Assembly: GCA_945859975.1 (NCBI GenBank)
Contig: CAMAPH010000048.1
Span: forward strand, 1-18,791
DNA: 18,791 nucleotides
From: Chthonomonas calidirosea
GTDB taxonomy: Bacteria; Armatimonadota; Fimbriimonadia; Fimbriimonadales; Fimbriimonadaceae
Direction of reading: 5' to 3'
The translations under genes were made by a program, and so were the position numbers. The notes beneath the pieces were generated by a model that was not told the DNA's origin, searched no databases, and was given only the letters and a program-made list of their open reading frames with translations. Of this stretch, positions 15,424 to 18,791 are shown one piece after another. Numbering within the stretch: the first letter of the stretch is position 1; each line of letters opens with the position of its first letter.

Positions 15424-16614
15424 TTACTGCCGATTCCAAGTCTTAAACGCCAAACCGTACATGGCCTCTTTGATGCTCTTCAGGGTCGATTTTCGAAACT
15501 CATCGAACGGCACCTTCGCGTGCTCGGCATCTTCCGGCGTCACCTGGAACAACGGCCGCCGCCGCCCAATCACGGTGCCGTCCGTTCCAATGGCAACCTC
15601 AAAAAGCTGCGGATTCTCGTCAAAAAATGCGTTCAACTTTTCGACCGCATCGTCCGCCCGGTCCAAAGCTGCGTCTCCGGCAAAAGCCACCAGCGGCTTT
15701 TTCCCAAACTTCAGCTGAACCACGTCGCCCTCACCCGGCTCCACCGTCGTGCGATAAGTCGTGGTCACCAAGCTGCGCCGAATCGGCACGCCGGCCGCTT
15801 CCATGTAAGACGTCACCGCTTCCGCACGCTGTCGTCCGGGTGGGTGTGTCCGATAGATGCCCCAGTCCACCGCCGCCGTGCTGCGCTCATCCCGCGCTAG
15901 CCGCTCCATAAAAGTCAGCAGCCCCGTCGGGTTGTAAGTCGCACGGTTCATATACTGAAAAGCCGCAAAGTCCGCCGACTTCTCCGCGTCCACTGTCCAG
16001 CCGTTCGCCAAGGCCGTCGTCGTCAAGCTCCCTAACTGAAGCAACTCTCCCCGCCCGGTCAGAATCGTTGCCAGAATCAGCGGGATCGTCAGAATGTCGA
16101 ACTTGCTCGTCTTGCGCCGCAAATACACCACGTGTCGCTGCGCAGCGTGCGAAATCTCGTGCGCCAAAACTCCCGCCACTTCCGCATCCGACTCCGCATA
16201 TTTCAGCAGCCCTTCGAAGATGTAAATATAGCCGCCGGGCAGAGAAAACGCGTTCACGTCCTCGCCTTCGATCACCTTAAAGGTGTAGGTAAACCGGTTA
16301 AGCTGCTTATCGCCCCACGTCACGTTCACCGGCGTCACGTTTGCAATCGCGGCCAGGTCTTGGCCGATCTTGTCGACCCGCTTCAGCATCTCCGCATTCG
16401 TGCTGAGCTTGTACTCCTTCTCCGCTTCAAGGCTGTACTTCTTGCCGAGTTCCTCGTCTTCCGCGAGTTCTTTCTTCCGCTTCTCATCCGGCTCGTTGGC
16501 CACCTGAACCGCGGCTTCTTGCCAGGCTCGTTCGGCAAATGCCTCTGGGTCCATGGCGGGCCGCGATGCGGGCACCGTCGCGGTAACCATGAGGGCAGTG
16601 AGAAGAATGTTCAT
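15424..16614 (-). CDS. M48-family zinc metallopeptidase, exported, with extra C-terminal domain
   Basis: VNAFSLPGGYIYIFEGLL, GVLAHEISH (HExxH), AEKSAD, YNPTGLLTFMERL, THP; hydrophobic N-terminus. Confidence 0.92.
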   Translation of the reverse strand: MNILLTALMVTATVPASRPAMDPEAFAERAWQEAAVQVANEPDEKRKKELAEDEELGKKYSLEAEKEYKLSTNAEMLKRVDKIGQDLAAIANVTPVNVTWGDKQLNRFTYTFKVIEGEDVNAFSLPGGYIYIFEGLLKYAESDAEVAGVLAHEISHAAQRHVVYLRRKTSKFDILTIPLILATILTGRGELLQLGSLTTTALANGWTVDAEKSADFAAFQYMNRATYNPTGLLTFMERLARDERSTAAVDWGIYRTHPPGRQRAEAVTSYMEAAGVPIRRSLVTTTYRTTVEPGEGDVVQLKFGKKPLVAFAGDAALDRADDAVEKLNAFFDENPQLFEVAIGTDGTVIGRRRPLFQVTPEDAEHAKVPFDEFRKSTLKSIKEAMYGLAFKTWNRQ

Positions 16615-16635
16615 TACGGAGAATTGCCGGGCCTT

Positions 16636-16641
16636 ATGTTA
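16636..16641 (-). promoter_or_regulatory. Putative extended -10 (TG-a-TAACAT) for the M48 gene
   Basis: ATGTTA on + reads TAACAT on -, preceded by TGA, 21 nt before ATG 16614. Confidence 0.35.
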
Positions 16642-16695
16642 TCACTTGATGGATTCAGCGGCCACAAACTATTTAACGTTCGGCAACATGCGCCA

Positions 16696-17649
16696 TCACG
16701 GTATCAGGACCATGGGCTTCAGAATTTCTCCGGCTTTCATCTGCTGATAGGCCTTCGGAAGCTCGTCTAGCCCGATGAAATGAGAGACGACCTGATCCGC
16801 CGAAAGTTTGCCGGCCCGAATCAATTCCAGCGCGTCCTGCGTATCGTTCGGCCCCGCGCTGTACGCGTTCCGAATCGTAATATCCCGGAAATACGCGGCC
16901 TGCGGAATCCGTAGATCCTCCCCTGGCGCCAACGGCGCGAACATCACAATCATCCCACCCGGATTCACCATCGAAAGCGCAAAGTCGAAAGCTGCCTGCG
17001 AGCCTGGACACACGAATACCGTCTCCACCATCTCCGGCTTTGCCGCGTCGCCAACTCGCAAGCCCTTTCCTTGCGCCCAATCTACTCGACCCGCGTTCAG
17101 GTCATAACCCACCGGATCATCTAGCGCGAACATGTGCAGCAGCCCCATAAACCCGAGGCCCACCACCGCCGCCCGATCCCGCGATCCTGCCAATCGAATG
17201 GCCTTCATCACGCACCCCAGCGGCTCCAGCAGCGCCGCGTCCTGCGGCCGCAAATCGTCGCATCGCACCGTGTCCGTTAGGTTCTCCGGCGCGACCACAA
17301 ACCGCTCCGCCATCCCGCCCGGCACCAGCTTCGTCGACTTCCACTGCGGACAGTGAACAAACTTCCCTTCCAGGCAAAGCGCACACCGAAGGCACGGCGC
17401 GTGATGGTGCGGAAAAACCCGCGAGCCCACCGGGAACCGGTCGTCTTCGCTCACTTCCACAATCCCCGCGACCTCATGCCCCAGAACGTGGGGCAGTTTG
17501 CGGTCCATGTACCAGCGCATCAGTTCGCCGCTGCAAAGCCCACAGGCTTCCGTCCGAACCAACAGCCCGCCCGGTGGCAACGCCGGAACCAGCTCCGAAA
17601 CGATCTCCACGTTCCCGTTCCCGATGTATCGCGCAAGTCGGTTCGTCAT
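16696..17649 (-). CDS. Zinc-dependent medium-chain dehydrogenase (polyol/threonine dehydrogenase-like)
   Basis: CGLCSGE, LGHEVAG, structural Zn CLRCALC-x7-C, LLEPLGC, GLGFMG. Confidence 0.9.
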   Translation of the reverse strand: MTNRLARYIGNGNVEIVSELVPALPPGGLLVRTEACGLCSGELMRWYMDRKLPHVLGHEVAGIVEVSEDDRFPVGSRVFPHHHAPCLRCALCLEGKFVHCPQWKSTKLVPGGMAERFVVAPENLTDTVRCDDLRPQDAALLEPLGCVMKAIRLAGSRDRAAVVGLGFMGLLHMFALDDPVGYDLNAGRVDWAQGKGLRVGDAAKPEMVETVFVCPGSQAAFDFALSMVNPGGMIVMFAPLAPGEDLRIPQAAYFRDITIRNAYSAGPNDTQDALELIRAGKLSADQVVSHFIGLDELPKAYQQMKAGEILKPMVLIP

Positions 17650-18653
17650 GGCCGTATCACGTACTTGAGCCCCTTGCCCGCCTGTAAGTCTTCAAAAATG
17701 GCATTGGCCTCTTCCAAGGTTCGCGAAGCGGTGATGATCGGTTCAAACCGCTCAGGATCAGCAATCAGCCACTGCCGCGCCTGTTTCACCGCGTGGGTTC
17801 CAAAGTGGAACGGACTGAGCAAAGTGATCTGGTCGTAATGAATTCGGCCCGTATCCAAAGTCACCGTTGAGCCCGAAGCGCACCCTCCGAACCACATAAC
17901 CGTTCCACCCCGACGCGGCAACTGCACCGACCGCTCCCAAACCTCCGGCATCCCGGTGCACTCAATCACGACGTCGTAATCGCTCGGCACCAATTCCGAA
18001 TACGGAACCGTCGTTGCCCCGAGCCCGGCGCCAATCGCCAACCGCTCGGAGTTCCGCCCGGCCAAGGTGATATCCATAACGCCTTCTGACCGCAGCGCCG
18101 CCACGAACATCAGCCCAATCGCCCCGGGACCGATCACCAGCACCTTTGCCTCCGCCGGAACCCGGAGAGCCTGCGCTTTCTTGAACTCCCGTACACCCTG
18201 CGCCACGCAGGCCAGCGGCTCCAACAAGCTCGCGATTGAAAAATCCAACTCCCGCGGCTTGAGAAAAACGTTCAGCGCGGCGATCCGCGCCGGAATGAGC
18301 AGGTACTCCGCATACGCCCCCAAGACCTTGGTCGCCATGATGCTTTCGCATAGGTTTTCTTGGTCATTCTTACACCAAACGCATGCTTGGCAAGGGGCAG
18401 AATGGACCCCCATGACCTCGTCACCAACTCGAAACGGCGCGTCTTCTCCCACCACCGAAACCACCCCGCTGTATTCGTGCCCAAACGGCCCCGGCATCGG
18501 AATCTGCGGGTGTCCGCGTCGCCACGCCTTAAGGTCCGTTCCGCAGGTCGTGGCGGCCATCACGCGGATGACAATCTCGCCTGGTCCAGGCTCGGGAATC
18601 GGCAAATCGGCAAGCACAAGCTGACCAGGGGCGTTGAGAATAAGGGCTCGCAT
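17646..18653 (-). CDS. Zinc-dependent medium-chain dehydrogenase (polyol/threonine dehydrogenase-like)
   Basis: TCGTDL, FGHEYSG, CQACVWC-x7-C, LLEPLAC, GPGAIG, DVVIECTG. Confidence 0.92.
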   Translation of the reverse strand: MRALILNAPGQLVLADLPIPEPGPGEIVIRVMAATTCGTDLKAWRRGHPQIPMPGPFGHEYSGVVSVVGEDAPFRVGDEVMGVHSAPCQACVWCKNDQENLCESIMATKVLGAYAEYLLIPARIAALNVFLKPRELDFSIASLLEPLACVAQGVREFKKAQALRVPAEAKVLVIGPGAIGLMFVAALRSEGVMDITLAGRNSERLAIGAGLGATTVPYSELVPSDYDVVIECTGMPEVWERSVQLPRRGGTVMWFGGCASGSTVTLDTGRIHYDQITLLSPFHFGTHAVKQARQWLIADPERFEPIITASRTLEEANAIFEDLQAGKGLKYVIRP

Positions 18654-18674
18654 AGAACGGCTGACCGTTCCTAA

Positions 18675-18684
18675 AGGGTACCGT
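18675..18684. promoter_or_regulatory. Overlapping divergent -10 elements on a GGTACC palindrome
   Basis: AGGGTACCGT: TACCGT on + (18679-18684, 9 nt before ATG 18694) and TACCCT on - (18675-18680, 21 nt before ATG 18653). Confidence 0.45.
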
Positions 18685-18693
18685 CAACCTAGC

Positions 18694-18791
18694 ATGCCGA
18701 TCGTTGAAACCACCGTTTGGATCAACGCCCCGCTCGACCGCGTCTATGCCATTGCGAAGGACACCGAGCGATATCCCGAGTACATGAAGGA
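18694..18791 (+). CDS. SRPBCC/polyketide cyclase (START-like) family protein, 5' part only
   Basis: MPIVETTVWINAPLDRVYAIAKDTERYPEYMK..., matching the typical I-x-AP-x3-VY-x4-D-x3-YPE N-terminus. Not in the ORF track. Confidence 0.8.
   Translation, partial: MPIVETTVWINAPLDRVYAIAKDTERYPEYMK

Noticed and set aside
1..18791. CRISPR array, tRNA/rRNA, IS or prophage, defence island
   Set aside because: Intergenic gaps are all under about 135 nt, with no spaced direct repeats, cloverleaf or transposase/integrase motifs seen; the helicase-nuclease pair fits AddAB-type repair in a housekeeping context.

Overview
GC-rich, densely coding bacterial chromosomal window with 22 CDS (two truncated by the window edges). 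No rRNA, tRNA, CRISPR array, integrase or transposase was recognised. Gene content and motif style suggest Armatimonadota (Fimbriimonas-like); this is inference only. Order: addB-like 3' end, nuclease-less AddA-like helicase, two flavoproteins (one renalase-like), secreted protein, dapB, two cyclophilins, TIGR02587/TIGR02588-like pair (all +); Ig+TPR protein, P-II, IscA/ErpA (-); 7Fe ferredoxin, GbsR-type regulator (+); nadA (-); lipoprotein (+); prfA, M48 peptidase, two Zn-dependent dehydrogenases (-); SRPBCC protein start (+). Most notable: (1) a strand-specific two-hairpin RNA element between iscA and a P-II gene, with a terminator ending 2 nt before the P-II AUG; (2) that P-II has lost the 2-oxoglutarate and uridylylation residues; (3) a lipoprotein built from two degenerate DUF1559/H-X9-DG pilin-like modules; (4) an AddA-like helicase without a nuclease domain; (5) a recurrent (GG)TAnnnT box 5-13 nt before start codons, implying leaderless or near-leaderless expression. 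All family calls come from motif recognition by eye; no searches were run.
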